In this document: positions 23,171-36,440 of the stretch, in pieces
Layout: each line of letters starts with the position of its first letter
How positions within the stretch are numbered: the stretch's first letter is position 1
Origin: Eledone cirrhosa
Lineage: Eukaryota
Direction: 5' to 3'
Length of the DNA: 64,000 bases
Assembly (NCBI GenBank): GCA_964016885.1
Contig: OZ024741.1
Span: 351,106,001 to 351,170,000, forward strand
The notes under the pieces: model-generated
Database searches by the model: none
What the model was told of the DNA's origin: nothing
Seen by the model: the letters and a program-made list of their open reading frames with translations, nothing else
Program-made: the position numbers and the translations under genes

Positions 23171-24890
23171 ACCTATGTAACAAAAATTTTTTTTATCTGT
23201 TCCTGGCTTGTAATCACTTTTCTTGTGTTGCTTAGGTCCCAAATAAATTAAAAAAAAGTGCTATTAAACAGTTAAAAGTTTGGGTTTGTAAAAATTCTAA
23301 GCTATTCACTAGAATTATTTGTATGCTGGATTTTACGTTGTATGTAAGTTTAATTTGCTTATGTTAAATGATTTTTTTATATATGTTTCAGGTTAAATTA
23401 TAAAATAAAGAGTAATACCTAAAGAAAATTATAAAAGTGCAATAAAGTATAAAATTGTTAAAAAGTAGATTAAAGAGATTTATTGATACTGGATTTTCGC
23501 ACCCTGAATAAAGGGTAATTTGTGTTTTAAGCATTCGTCTCCAGGATGTAGCAGTGGAACTTGGTCAAGGAGGAAGTGCAGGTGAGAAGTCGACACAAAC
23601 CTTTCTCAGGCTTTTACACTCTTAGGAATGGCCTCTGCTTCTGCCATGACGTGCCTGGACTGTTTGACGTTATTGGGTGTCGTTTGTGCCCAAGGAGTGG
23701 CGGCTATCTATAGACAGCTCCACCACAAGTTTGAAGGCTGTCCTCCTCCACAATGGAAACAAGTTCCCTACACTGCCCCTTGCTCATTCAGTCTGCCTGA
23801 AGGAAGATTACTACATTGTGAAAGTCCTCTTGGAAGCTTTGCAATACAACCAGTACAATTGGGAAATCATTGGAGACTTCAAGATGGTGGCTTTCCTGCT
23901 TGGACTCCAAGGAGGCTTTATCAAATTCCAATGCTTCCTCTGCCTCTGGGACAGCAGAGCCACCTCTGACCACTACAAAAGAAAGAACTGGGAGCAGCGA
24001 ACAGAATTTGTAGTTGGGACCCGGAACGTCATGTGGGAGCCACTGGTTGATCCCAGGATTGTGCTCATGCCGCCACTGCACATTAAGTTGGGGTTGATGA
24101 AGCAGTTTGTGAAGGCTCTCAACCAAGAATCAGCCACTTTTAAGTACCTTCTTGAGTTCTTCCCCAAGTTATCTGAGGCCAAAATCAAAGGTGGAATTTT
24201 TGTTGGACCTCAGATAATGAAAATGTTTGAGTCTACCGAGTTCTCCAATAAGCTCAATAGGATTGAGAGAACAGCATGGAACTGTTTCAAAGCAGTTGTT
24301 AAGGGCTTCCTGGGCAACTACAGAGCTGAAAACTACCAGCAACTGGTGCAGGATCTGATAAAGGCTTTTGGCGCCATGGGATGCAGGATGTCGCTTAAAC
24401 TCCATATGCTGGACACTCATCTGGAAAAATTCAAGGACAATATGGGCACCTACTCAGAAGAACAAGGCGAACGATTCCACCAAGATGTGAAAGAGATAGA
24501 GCAGAGGTACCAGGGCCACTACAATGAAAAAATGATGGGGGATTATATCTGGGGGCTAGTGCGGGAATGCGACCTGGACTACAACCGCAAATCCAGGAAA
24601 TCCAGTCATTTCTGACGTGTATAAGTTGCTTTATAACTGTTATTTGTTTTTGCTTGTTTGCTTTTGATAAGCTTGTGTAATAAAATAAATATATATTCTG
24701 TTGATTTAATTATATGAACTGATAAATTTTAAAATGTGCTTTTTCTTGAAAAATATGAAAATTTCGAAATATCAAACTCCTGACCACAAACCCAAACTTC
24801 TGATTAAATAATAGTGGTTTTTATAATAATGGGATATAACAAACCATGAAATGACACTTAGAACCGGGGAACAAAAAAATATGTGTAATT
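23171..24890 (+). mobile_element. CMC/Chapaev3-type DNA transposon, internally deleted
   Basis: Left end cctatgtaacaaaaattttttttatctgttcctgg and right end aaatgacacttagaaccggggaacaaaaaaa (imperfect TIRs) flank the transposase C-half. Confidence 0.75.
23677..24615 (+). CDS. Chapaev3-like transposase, C-terminal part
   Basis: EWRLSIDSS...LKAVLLHNGN, GDFKMV, CFLCLWDSR, PPLHIKLGLMKQFVKAL, SLKLHMLDTH, SEEQGERFHQD. Confidence 0.85.
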   Translation: MSFVPKEWRLSIDSSTTSLKAVLLHNGNKFPTLPLAHSVCLKEDYYIVKVLLEALQYNQYNWEIIGDFKMVAFLLGLQGGFIKFQCFLCLWDSRATSDHYKRKNWEQRTEFVVGTRNVMWEPLVDPRIVLMPPLHIKLGLMKQFVKALNQESATFKYLLEFFPKLSEAKIKGGIFVGPQIMKMFESTEFSNKLNRIERTAWNCFKAVVKGFLGNYRAENYQQLVQDLIKAFGAMGCRMSLKLHMLDTHLEKFKDNMGTYSEEQGERFHQDVKEIEQRYQGHYNEKMMGDYIWGLVRECDLDYNRKSRKSSHF

Positions 24891-26049
24891 ATTTCTCACT
24901 GAAATCAAGGGGATGTTCTTCTATAAATTTACCTACTATATATCTACAGTTAACTCAAAGATTTTCACTTTTTTTTTCATTCATTTCTTTTATACAATGG
25001 CTTAATCTAAACCCTGTAGATCATATTAGCTGATTTTTAATTTCATTTCAATATAGAAGGACTATAGAATTTTACCTGTTTAATTTACATTTGTGTGTAA
25101 TTCTCTGTCCTGGTACGCTTCTTCCATGTGAATGTTGACTGTGGACTATGTCTAATCCTCTGTACCACACAGTCAGGATGTGTCAGTGTGGGTATATTTC
25201 TACATCTGTGTGCAATCCCCTTAAGTAGCTGTGTTTCTGTACCTCTGTAATTCTTTATATATTACTTTTTGTACTTGTGAGTGTTCCATTTTACCATCCA
25301 GTACACTGTAAAGTGATAAGTGTTAGAAAGGGCATCCAAAAATAAGTTAAGATGACACATAAAGTTCAGGGGTGCAGTGTGGCTGTCTATGTCTGCAACT
25401 TTTGATGTTGGACACAGCAATCACAGGAGAGGTATATATGGGTAGGGTGCTACAGTTATAGTTCTGAACTTATTGATGGTATGCATCTTATCACAATGTT
25501 TGAGGTTGATATTGCATGCAGCTACTTTTGTGTACAAAGGGTCGGTTTTTTTTTTTTTGTATGGCCTGAATAGAAAAAATAGTGTTTTTCGGATGTTATA
25601 TGTAATATGTGTAATGAGAATGTGTTGATGTTGAAGGAAACTGGGTTATCATGTGTCCCATTGGAAGGATATTTTCATGATCTTTTTTCATGGAAGTAGA
25701 GCATCTTTGATATGGGGTGTTAGGTTGCATTTAGATGACATCTGTGTGTGTGTGAAACGTTTACGAGAAGCAAAGGATGGTACTATCCATATAAGAATGT
25801 GAGCTGATTGTCTTGTATTTTAATTGAAAGAATAAATAAACACTCCAAAATAGATAAGTCTAATCTACATGCTTCATATTACTAATTGTTGATATTAAAA
25901 TATATATGAATATGTAGAAGACTTAGAAGTGAAATCCCAAGCTTGGAATCAAAACCTCAAGAGGTCATGGGCACTGTCACAGGATACAAAGAAAATGGAG
26001 ACATCAGCTGAGACATAAAACATCATCTAGTTGAATAAGTGTGTGTAGT

Positions 26050-28560
26050 GTTACATTCAATCATCCTGAGATCGATTGGGAAACCTTTCGTTGGCCACAA
26101 AGTGCAAACGATTTCCTTGAACTAGTGCTGGACTCAAACTGGTCACAAGTAGTCACCTCTCCAACAAGAGGTGACAACACTTTGGACCTGATCTTCACCA
26201 CTACTCCTGAAGTGGTTATCAGTTGTAGTACTGAGGAACCTCTAGGCGACTCTGATCATGCTATGATCATTGCCAATCTGGCTCTTGCGGGCAGCAACAA
26301 AAACCAGAGCCATCTCCAATCTGCTTGCTTTGATTGGAAGAAAGCAGATTGGAACTTGTACTGCACTGAGCTACAGCGCCCAAACTGGCATGAGATGTAT
26401 AACTCTGGAGATGTGAACACTATACTCCAGAGCATCCTGGACTCAATATGGATAGCGTGTGCAGCATCGGTGCCACGTAAGCAGAAAAAAACCACCCGAA
26501 AGTGCAATTTGGGAAACTTCAGCGGTCCGACTTGCCAGGAAAGAACGTCGGAACACTGAACGGGAATATAAACTGCATAAACCAGATGCCAACAGAAAAA
26601 AGCGGAATAAATCTTCTAACCATCTCAAGCAAGTGACAAAGAAGGCAGCGCTTGAATTTGAACAGTGCATAGCAACCAATCCTGACAGTAAGGTGTTCTG
26701 GAAATATGTTCATTCAAAGCAGAGACCTCACTCTCCAGTTGGTCCTCTTCGCAATCCCCTCACAAGCCAGATCACTGACGATCCCAAAGAATGCGCAGAA
26801 CTAATTGCTGAGTGCTATGCAAGTATTTTTACTGTTGAAAACCAGAATGTACCATCTCCACCATCTCTAACATCAAATTCCATAACAACTATGGAATTTA
26901 CACCTGCAATGTTGCGACGTCACCTTAAGAATAAGCGCAACTATGCCTCCCCTGGTCTTGATGGTGTTACATACCTGCTTCTCAAACGTGGCGGGTATTT
27001 CCTTTTGCGCCAGCTTTCTTTCTTCTTTCAATACTGTCTCAACAATGGTGCTACTCCGGAGCAGTGGAAAACTGCTAGTGTGATTCCCCTGTTCAAAAAG
27101 GGCAACCGCATGTCACCTGTCAACTATCGTCCAGTCAGTCTTACTAGCTGTATGGCCAAACTGATGGAATCCTGTGTCAGAAAAACACTTTGGAACTTCT
27201 GGAGCTCTCACAGCCTCACCCGGCCCTCGCAGTTTGGATTTATCCCTAACTCCAGCTGCTGTGATTAGCTTATCGAGTTCCTTGAAGACATCACCAGGAT
27301 CATTGACAGCGGCTCATGGGTGGATGTTGTTTACCTTGACTTTGCTAAGGCTTTTAATTCTGTGCCACACAAAAGACTTATGGCGAAACTCTCTGCAATG
27401 GGTGTGAGGGATGATCTTTTCGACTGGTTGAAATCCTTCATTCTCAGCCGAAAAGAGGTAGTCACGGCTCTACGACAGCATTCTTCACCATATGAGATGT
27501 CATCTGGTGTACCACAGGGATCTGTTCTTGGTCCCCTTTTGTTTGTGGCATATATTAATGACATAGATGCCAACTTACAGAATGCCACGGTACTGAAATA
27601 TGCAGATGACATCAAGTTGTACCTTGAAATCAAGAGGACTGATCCTGAAATCTACAACTCTTTCCTACAAACAGACCTGAACACAAGGCAGCAATGGATC
27701 ACAGACTGGCAACTGAAGCTGGCTGTGGACAAGTGTACCACCATGCATTTTAGGAGGAAAAATCCAGCGTCCACATACTCCCTCCACAACACTGATATCA
27801 AGAAGTCCTCTTGTGAACGTGACCTGGGCATTACTGTCAGCAGCGATTTGCGTTGGACAAAGCATGTCTCTAAGATTGTCAAGAAGGCCGAGGGCGTCTT
27901 GGCATCACTCAGCAAGACCTTTGTAAGCCGCTCTCCAGCCATCTATTTAAAACTGTATACAGCTATAGTACGACCACACTTGGAATTTGCATCATCAGTC
28001 TGGAACCCCTATCTTGCTCAGAACATTGACCGCCTGGAAACTGTTCAGAGACGTGCAACCAAGCGCATACCCTCCATCAGACACCTACCATACTCTGAAC
28101 GCCTTGCTTCCCTGGGCATGGTTTCATTGAAGCTCCGACGTCTGGCAATGGACTTGATAAACACCCACAAAGTGATTAACCATCTTGCCAACAACAACCC
28201 TGAGCACCTTTTTGATCTCCATGTGTCTAACACACGTGGACATGCCTACAAAATCAGAAAACAGCACAGCTTCCATGACTTTCGTAAACATTTTTTCACG
28301 CTCAGAGTTGCTGAAGCATGGAACAAACTGCCTGCGTCAGTTGTTAGCTGCCGAGATACTGCATCCTTTAAAACACTCATGCTTCCTGAAATACGCCAAA
28401 ACTACACTTGATGTACCCCTTCCATACACATGCATACATGTGTATATCACGACTCATGCACTGTTCATTTTCCTGACGTTTGTATATTATCCTATGTACT
28501 ATACATACACTTTTTGATGAGTTGTAGTGCACCTGAGCACTGTACACAATATTTCTACAG
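26050..28560 (+). mobile_element. CR1-clade LINE, 5'-truncated (EN end, RT, C-terminus), disrupted by a frameshift and a stop
   Basis: PTRGDNTLDLI, SDH, SPGLDG, NYRPVSLTS, YLDFAKAF, SGVPQGSVLGPLLF, YADDIKL, VRPHLEFASSVW, RKHFFTLRV. Confidence 0.95.
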
Positions 28561-28763
28561 TAATGCACTGGGTAATTGCTGGCCTTGTGCCTAAAGTAGA
28601 AACAATTATTATTATTATTCACTAAATTGAACATAAACAAAAATATATGTATATCTATGTCTAACCCATGGTAGCGTGGAAGTTGGACGTTAAACGAAGA
28701 TGATGATGATGATGATCACTATTTTCCACTTTGTGAGACAATGGGTACTGACAATCCTTTTAA

Positions 28764-28973
28764 CTCTTTTGCGACAATATTTCTAATGAAATACACTGTA
28801 TTTAAATTAATTAATGAAGAAAATTAAGGGATTTATTAAAACCACTAATGATTTCATTATTCTAAGATAGTAATTTAACATAGAGTTCTCGTATAGAATT
28901 GTTGGAGGACAATAATTTAGATAAGAATCTTTTAAAATGAGCTGGTTTTGGTCAGGTTAGTATTAAAATGGTT
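28764..28973. mobile_element. piggyBac-like MITE
   Basis: TTAA-flanked (ttaactctttt...aaaatggttaa); inverted homologue at 53978-54305. Confidence 0.55.
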
Positions 28974-28983
28974 AACATTCTGA

Positions 28984-28987
<4 letters not shown>

Positions 28988-29070
<83 letters not shown>
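28988..29070. repeat. (TA)n microsatellite
   Basis: About 80 bp of pure TA repeat. Confidence 0.95.
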
Positions 29071-29077
<7 letters not shown>

Positions 29078-29161
29078 AAAGGTAAACAGAAATAACAACA
29101 CAATCGGTACAGTATATCGAAGGTATATATTAGGTCAACGCTTGATATAGCAGGAAGAGGG

Positions 29162-29197
29162 TCTTAACGTTTCGGATGCTAGTCTTTCATCAGAAGA
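29162..29197 (-). ncRNA. Minimal type I hammerhead ribozyme (PLE-associated), with a stem II mismatch
   Basis: RNA: UCUU CUGAUGA A AGA CUAGCA UCC GAAA CG UU AAGA. Confidence 0.65.
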
Positions 29198-29429
29198 AAG
29201 AATGAGAAATAAAATAGATTGAGGGGACGGGCGGGTTGGAATTGCAAAAAATGTCTTTAGATAAAAATAACAGGTCTATTCATGTTGACATCTCTTGCAA
29301 AACTGTTGGTGCTGGTGTTTTGTGTATGATTTGTTTTTTAGAAAAGTGGATGATGGCAGGCGTCTACCTGAAATAGAAAAAAAACGTTTTGTAAAAAGAG
29401 CTATACTTGAGCACGTGCATAAGCATGAG

Positions 29430-29432
<3 letters not shown>

Positions 29433-29514
<82 letters not shown>
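29433..29514. repeat. (TG)n microsatellite
   Basis: About 80 bp of pure GT repeat. Confidence 0.95.
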
Positions 29515-29518
<4 letters not shown>

Positions 29519-30189
29519 ATAGGTCCGTACGAAGCTAAGAAGAAATGTGTGTGTATATGTGAGTAAAAGAGTATGTGTGCAGGTAAGTAAGAAGCTATGA
29601 GAAAAAGTATGTTAATATAAGGGTGTGTATTAGTAGTAAGAGAAGCTGTTAATAATCAAGAGAAAGCGATAGGAATCAAGGGGTGTGATAATGGACGGGG
29701 TATTAGAGAAATTGGGGAGGTGAGTTGAGTCCAAGAGGGGAATAGGACCCAAGACAGTGAATCAGACTTTGTTCAGTCTTGGTGCGCGAGGCCTGTGATT
29801 CATGATGTAAAAGGACACCCACGACTGAAACATGTAGAGAAGAATAACTAGGAGAACAGAAATGACGGGCGGCAGGAGTATCCAAACTGAGCCGTATGTC
29901 CCTCAAATGTTCGGTAAAATGGTCCACCATTGGCGTCCCGTTTGTCCAATATATAAAGACCCAAGGAATGGCGGATACAGAAAAACCCGTTAGGGCCTAT
30001 AAGAGTGGTGAGGGTGGAAATAAAGGGACAAGTGTTGCAGCGGGAATGGGAACAAGGATGAGAACTGGGTGGGGTCGTGGGAGAGGACGAAAAGGAACTG
30101 CGAACCAGGAGGTCGCGGAGGTTGCGGCCGCGCTTAAAAGCAGTAATGGGTGGGTTTGGAAAAAAGTGAGAAGTGATGGGGTATATATA

Positions 30190-30576
30190 TATTGGCAGAA
30201 TCAGGAAAGCGTCGGACAACATGCTTTGTGGTTCTGAATTCAAATTCCGCCAAGGTTAGCTTTGTCTTTCATCTTTACGGGGTCGATAAGATAAAGCACC
30301 AGTAATGCACTGGGGGAATTGCTGGCCTTGTGCAAAAAGTAGAAACATTATCATTATTATTATTATTATTATTATTGCTATGCTTTGTAGCATAGAGTTA
30401 CGCCCCTTTATGATCTGAGTTCAAATTCTGCCGAGGTTAACTTTGCCTTTCATCTTTACGGGTAGATAAAATAAAGCACCAGTAACGTACTAGGGTCGAT
30501 TTAATAATCGACTTTCCCCTCCCACCAAATTACTGTGCCTATACTAGAAATCATTATTATTATTATTATTATTATT
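30190..30576 (+). mobile_element. Two tandem Meta/MESC-like SINEs with (ATT)n tails
   Basis: Cores at ~30248 and ~30430; tails cattattattatt. Confidence 0.85.
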
Positions 30577-31319
30577 GGTGACCTACGTAGTAAATCGTAT
30601 TATCGTGAGCTCCGCAAAGGTTTGTTATTTTTAGTTGTTTAAAATTGCCATTTATGGAAATTTTTTATTGTTAACTGTATATAAGCGCACATACATTGTT
30701 TTCCGAAAAGGATACCCAAAAAGATTGGGGCCTTGAGCCCAAAATTTAAACTTTTTATAATTATCAAACAAAAAAACATTTCTTTGAAAAATCATGGCCG
30801 ACTCACAGCTGAACCCAGTAGCTGAGAGCCTTCCTCACAAACTAACACCTCACACCGACACCACCATTGTAAATATTACTACGTTTGCCAACACTAAAAA
30901 TATAAGCAGTAGCAATATTTTAAATTTGTCTCAGGCAGACATTCATTTCCCGCCATTACGAATGACTGCAGGTGTTAAAGCCCCCCCCCCCCCACCACCA
31001 CCACAACGACAACAGAAACAAAAGAAAAAAATAAATTAACTCGTGATATCGAAATGAATTCAACTAAAATGAACTCTTCCACACCGAACACCACTGACGC
31101 CACCACCACCACAACTGAAAATAAAATTAACAATAACAAAAATAACGATAACAACAACAGCAACAATGAAATTAAGAAAACCACCCTGAGTTTTGCCAGA
31201 GTAGCAAAACAGTGCGAAGCATTCCAGGTAACTCAGGAGGAATTAGGAGAAGCCAAAAAAATGGTAAAGAAAGACGGGTACAAGGTCAGCCCCCCTCCTC
31301 CCACACACACCTAATAAAA

Positions 31320-32678
31320 TGGAGCATCGGCGCCTATGCACCGTGTCTTATCGGACGATTAACATAAAATCGCGCCGAGTGGAACGGGCATCCGAGTCAC
31401 AAATCCAAAAAGCTTTGGGACATGTGTGGGCAAAAAAAACCCCACATCAGACGTGGGCAGAAATATGGAACCGTGGACGTGTTCTTTGAAACACCACAGG
31501 AGGCCAGAGAACACTCCATGGCCCCATTAAGAAGTGACGACTTCACACTCGTCCTAAGCTATTGTGGCCAGAGACTCGTGAAGATCAGGGTGACCCACGT
31601 TCCACCGGCCATCGAAATTCCCTGGCTAATAGCTGCCGTCCTCGCCGGCATCGAAGCCAACACCAAGATAATCAAAATAGCGAAAGAAAAGCAGGAGAAC
31701 TGGTCCGGATCTGGGATGGAGCTCCTGATCCAAGCGGACCAAAAAAGCATTGAGGAGATCCCAGAGGTAATAGACCTCACTGACGGCAGCCACCTCACCG
31801 TAATCGTCGAGGGCAGAAGGCCTAGGTGTGTCGTTTGTGGGGAAGGAACCCACCTAAGGGCTTTCTGCCCTCAGGCTAAAAGGTTGAGGCCACCTCTCTT
31901 ACCCACCCCAGTGACTCAACCATCAACACCACCAGCAGCAGAGATGGCAGCAACAACTGTAGCAGCAACAACAGAAGCAACTGTAACAGCAACAACCCCA
32001 GCAATAGTAGCAAAACCAACACCACCACCACCCAACGCGCCAGAACTAGCACCAGCGCCTACACCATCCACCACGCCACAACCAAAACCAACGCCTGTGA
32101 AGGATTTTCCACTCCCCGGCCTATCACAACTGGAGACAGATTGTGACGACGAGGAGTGGGAAACGGTATCAGGAAAAAAGGAAAAAAGAAACCAAAAAAG
32201 AAAAAATTCTCTTCCCTCCCCCTCCAAAAACAAAATACAGAGGGAAACAAATAAACTATCAAACAAAAAAGTTAGGACAGATATGCCACCATCCACACCA
32301 GCATCACCAACACCATCACCATCATTAACCCCAACACCACCATCACCAACACCACAAAAGTCACCAAAAAGCGAAACAGAAACAAACCCACAACAAACGC
32401 AAACAAAACAAAACAACCAAAACGATACACACTACACAGCATTAAATTTGAACAACAACCAATTATTACACTACATCCAACACAACACCAGCATCACAGA
32501 AAAATACTACACAACAACCCAAAAGTTCACACCACCTCCACACATACAAATCACTCGCATCACACAGAAAACGTACACGACACCAAAACAAAAATTCCCC
32601 AAAGACATCGGAGACTTCCGACAAGCACTCTCCAGGAGGATTTATAAGGACATCCTTCCGGAGGAGGCCACAAGCTAG
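31320..32678 (+). CDS. Tx1 ORF1 (gag-like; zinc knuckle and Pro/Thr-rich region), frameshifted at the 5' end
   Basis: VEGRRPRCVVCGEGTHLRAFCP (CX2CX4HX4C); EEWETVSGKK. Confidence 0.8.
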
Positions 32679-35600
32679 TGGCCGTCTATGCCCCGACAGG
32701 AGCAGGGCGGCCTGATTTCTTCCGGCGTCTGAAGACCTTTCTTGGAACGTCCCGCTCTTTAGTGTTAGTGGGCGACTGGAACGGGATCTTAGATGCACAC
32801 TGGGACTGTGTGGGATTAGCGGATAGGGAAGGAGGGTGCAAGAGCCTCACCAACCTGCTCAGACGTTTTGAACTGTCTGAGAGGTACCTAGTGGATTTCC
32901 CGAATGTGCCAATGTGGACTTGGACAAATCGCGTAGGGTCATCCAAATCATATCTAGATAGAGTATTTTGTAGGGAAATAGATAGGTCTAGCATAGGCTG
33001 TCCACAATTCAAGATAGTCAGCTACACGGACCACAAATTCGTGATCTGTGTGCTTGACTTAAATAGGCTTCATAGACGAGGACCCGGCTACTGGAAGCTA
33101 AACGCGTCCTTACCAGCGCGCAAGGCCTACAGAGACCGGATTAGTGAACTAGTTAAGCGGGCGCTGACGGGGGCCATCGTCAACAACAATTGGTGGTTTG
33201 CTCTGAAAAGAGCGATTAGAATAGAGTCCATTAGGTTTAGTAAGGCTTTAGCAATAGAGAAAAATAGAGCAGAGGGAGAACTAGTTAGAAAATTAGACGA
33301 GGCGCTTGCGGCGAAATTGGCCCTTGACCAATTCTTCAATGCAAAGCACGAAGGCTGCGTTGTCAGAGCTAGAGTGTGTGCTCTCAGACACGAGGGGACG
33401 AAAGCCGTTCAATGGGCCCGAGTGGCGGAGGCGCGTCGTGGCAACAAAGCCACGATCCGGTCTTTGGTGGACCACGACGGGCGCATGCTACTCGATCCCG
33501 GGCAAATGTGTGAAGCTTTTCAGCGACACTTCGCACAGCTGTTCGGGGTCAGCGGCGAGCCTGATCGAGGGATGGACTTTAGTGTCTACCTCGACGGACT
33601 GCCGCAGATCTCAGCCACTGAGGTGGTGTGTTGCGAAAAGCCGATAATAGCTGCTGAAGTACGGGAGGCAATGACTGGCTGCACAAGGGGTAAATCGCCT
33701 GGTTTGGATGGTCTGTCCTATGAACTTTACGTACAGATGCCAGACTTCTTCGGAAGCCTCTTGGCAACAGAACGGGAGAATTCAACTGGCAACAGAACAG
33801 GAGAATTCCCAGCTCTGTGAGTCGAGGAGCTGTGGCGCTGCTGAGAAAGAATCTGAACAAGGGGGATAACATAGATAATTTCAGGCCCATAACTCTGCTA
33901 AACACAGAGTTCAAGATTTTGGCCAAGGTGCTAACAAAGAGGTTGGCGCTTGTCGTTGGTGGTCTGGTGGGAGAGGCGCAGACATGCGCCATTGCCGACA
34001 GATCCATCCACGACAACCTCCACCTCATGCGATACATCGTAGAGAGGGTAGCTAGGGAACCTGGCACGGGTGGGTCCTTGATTAATTTAGATCAGTCGAA
34101 AGCTTTCGATAGGGTCGACCATCGTTACCTAGCGGCAGTCCTTAGGGCAGCTGGCTTTGGGCCCGTCTTCAGAGGCTGGATCGCTGCCATGCACAGCGAC
34201 ATCTGCTCTGTGGTGAGAGTGAACGGTCACCTTTCGGAACCGTTCAACATCATGCGCTCGGTCCGCCAAGGATGTCCCCTCTCGTCCCCCTTGTACGTAT
34301 TGACTCTCGAGCCATTACTGTACAAACTGGAGACGTTGAGGGGGGTCCCGTGCGAACTAGGATGCGGAAGATCCGTGTCAGCATATGCGGACGATGTCAC
34401 CGTAGTGGTGTCGAACGCCAAACACATCGAGGTGATCGGCACTACACTAAGAGAATACGAAGTGGTGACAGGTGCAATGATCAACCAGGAAAAGTCAGTG
34501 GGCCTGCAGCTTGGCACCTGGAGAGGCAGGTCCATGCCGTCCAACAGCGTCATCAGGCGCTGGACGGACGGACCGGGTAAATTGCTAGGGGTCTGGTTCG
34601 GTCCGGACCTCCAGACGGACAAAAACTGGGACGAGGTGACGAGCAGGGTGGCTTCTCTCACCCAGAAATGGGCGGAGAGGAAGCTATCCCTGAAAGGTCG
34701 AGCAGAGGTGGCTAACGCGTACATCGCGTCCGTCATCTACTACCGCCTGACCGTTGTACCTTGTCCTAAGCCCCGCCTGACTGCGCTGGAGCGTTTGCTC
34801 TTTCGCTTTTTGTGGAAGGGACGCGCTCCGATGGTCAGGCGGTCCATCTGCTGTCAACACCCGCTACGTGGAGGGCTGGACATGCCGTGGCTGATGATGC
34901 GCAGACACGCGCTCAGGCTACGACATCTCCACCTCTTCCTCGACGGTGATCAGGTGTGGTCGCCGTTTGCTAGACACGTCTTTCCCCAGCTCGTCTCCTT
35001 GACGGAGCTGAAGTCCTGGGTCAAGCGAAGACCGAGAGGGAGCGCTTGGAGACTGGAATGTCTTCAGGTGCTCACAGCCCTCGACCAATCGGGCAATGTG
35101 ATCGGTGGAAACTCCACCTTGGCGTTCTATAGAGGATTAGTGGAGGGGAAGAGCGACGACGTACTTGGAGAAACTCTAGGCGTCGACGAAAATCAACTAG
35201 CCAATCTCTTAGGAAGGACTTTCGGGCCGCGGCCTATGGACAACTTCCATAAATCCCTGGCCTGGCAGTGCTAACGAGGAGCTTTGCCAGTTCGGGATAA
35301 ACTCTACAGACATGGAGGTGCCGTCACCCGGGCATGTCCGAGATGCGCGCAGGGCGACGAAACCGTCCTGCACGCACTCGTCCAGTGTCCGAGCATTGCT
35401 GACTTGTGGGTTTATGTCGAACACCTGCTGTCATGTGTAGGACGGATCCAGCTATCAGCTGAGTCCATCGTGAGGATTGCCCCACCCTTTTCCTTTAGCC
35501 GGGAAGGGCAGGCAGTTTTTATCTGTTTGGTGGCCATGGCGAAAGAGATAGTATGGTGGACACGTTTGAAAGGGCTGAAGACGAGCACTTACCTCTTCGG

Positions 35601-35718
35601 TGATGCCCTGATTAACTTTTTCAAATTTCATTTGAAAAGGAAAATCAGGGTAGAGAGGGAAGTGCTCTCTTCCCAGCATTTTGTTGAAAGATGGGTGAGA
35701 GAAGCAAGTATGGCCTGA
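32678..35718 (+). pseudogene. Tx1 ORF2 (EN-RT-zf), disrupted
   Basis: VYAP, GDWN, SYLDR, TDH, GYWKLN, KSPGLDG, FRPITLLN, LDQSKAFDRVDH, VRQGCPLS, AYADDV; frameshift ~33790, stop at 35272, EN N-terminus missing. Confidence 0.9.
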
Positions 35719-36017
35719 GTATATGTCTGTAAATTAAAGGTGGAAAACTGGGAGAGGGCACTTGCCCTGGTGGTCAGGGTCACTGTGGCCTTTTAATGGG
35801 CTTTCTCCACAAATGTCCCTCGGAAGTCTCCCCCCTATTGGGGAATTTTTCATTGTTATTTTTTGTTACATCCTGTTTTTGTTTTTTTTACACACAGAAA
35901 TGCCCATTTGTACCATCCTGTATTGTCCTGTACTGTCCTTAATGTCTACTTTATGTAAACCCTTGTGGTTAATAAAGAAAGCATTATTATTATTATTAGT
36001 AGTAGTAGTATCAGTAA

Positions 36018-36052
<35 letters not shown>

Positions 36053-36370
36053 TTACAGATTAAAAGTTTAAGCAATAAATTACTGCTTTCACCCTTTCTG
36101 AAACTGATAAAAATTAATGTGTAGACACAGAAGCAAATATTTCAAAGAACTAACAACCAAATATCGCCTTTAGAAAACAAGAAGACAAAACAGTCGTATT
36201 TGCAGACGTTCTCTTGAGATGGGCGAAATGGATGCAAGGATAATTATGTCATTATGTGGAGCGAGAAGAACAAATTTTTGCTATGGATAAAACATATTCT
36301 TGCTATGAAAAATCAGGAAATTAATATTCTTATCGAGTCCTGTTCGAATTTTGGTCTTTGTATTTATTAT

Positions 36371-36437
<67 letters not shown>

Positions 36438-36440
<3 letters not shown>

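Larger units (their letters stand above)
29072..30200 (-). mobile_element. Penelope-like element 3' part: degraded GIY-YIG endonuclease plus terminal repeat
   Basis: PPITAFKRGRNLRDLLVRS, HPCSHSRCNTC, FTEHLRDIR...AARHF, EQSLIHCLGSYSPLGLN; terminal repeat 29072-29290 recurs at 37351-37569. Confidence 0.85.
30577..35982 (+). mobile_element. Near full-length L1-Tx1 clade retrotransposon
   Basis: ORF1 with CCHC knuckle; ORF2 with APE remnant, RT and C-terminal CPRC...H..C; ends AATAAAGAAAGC; flanked by (ATT)n on both sides. Confidence 0.9.
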
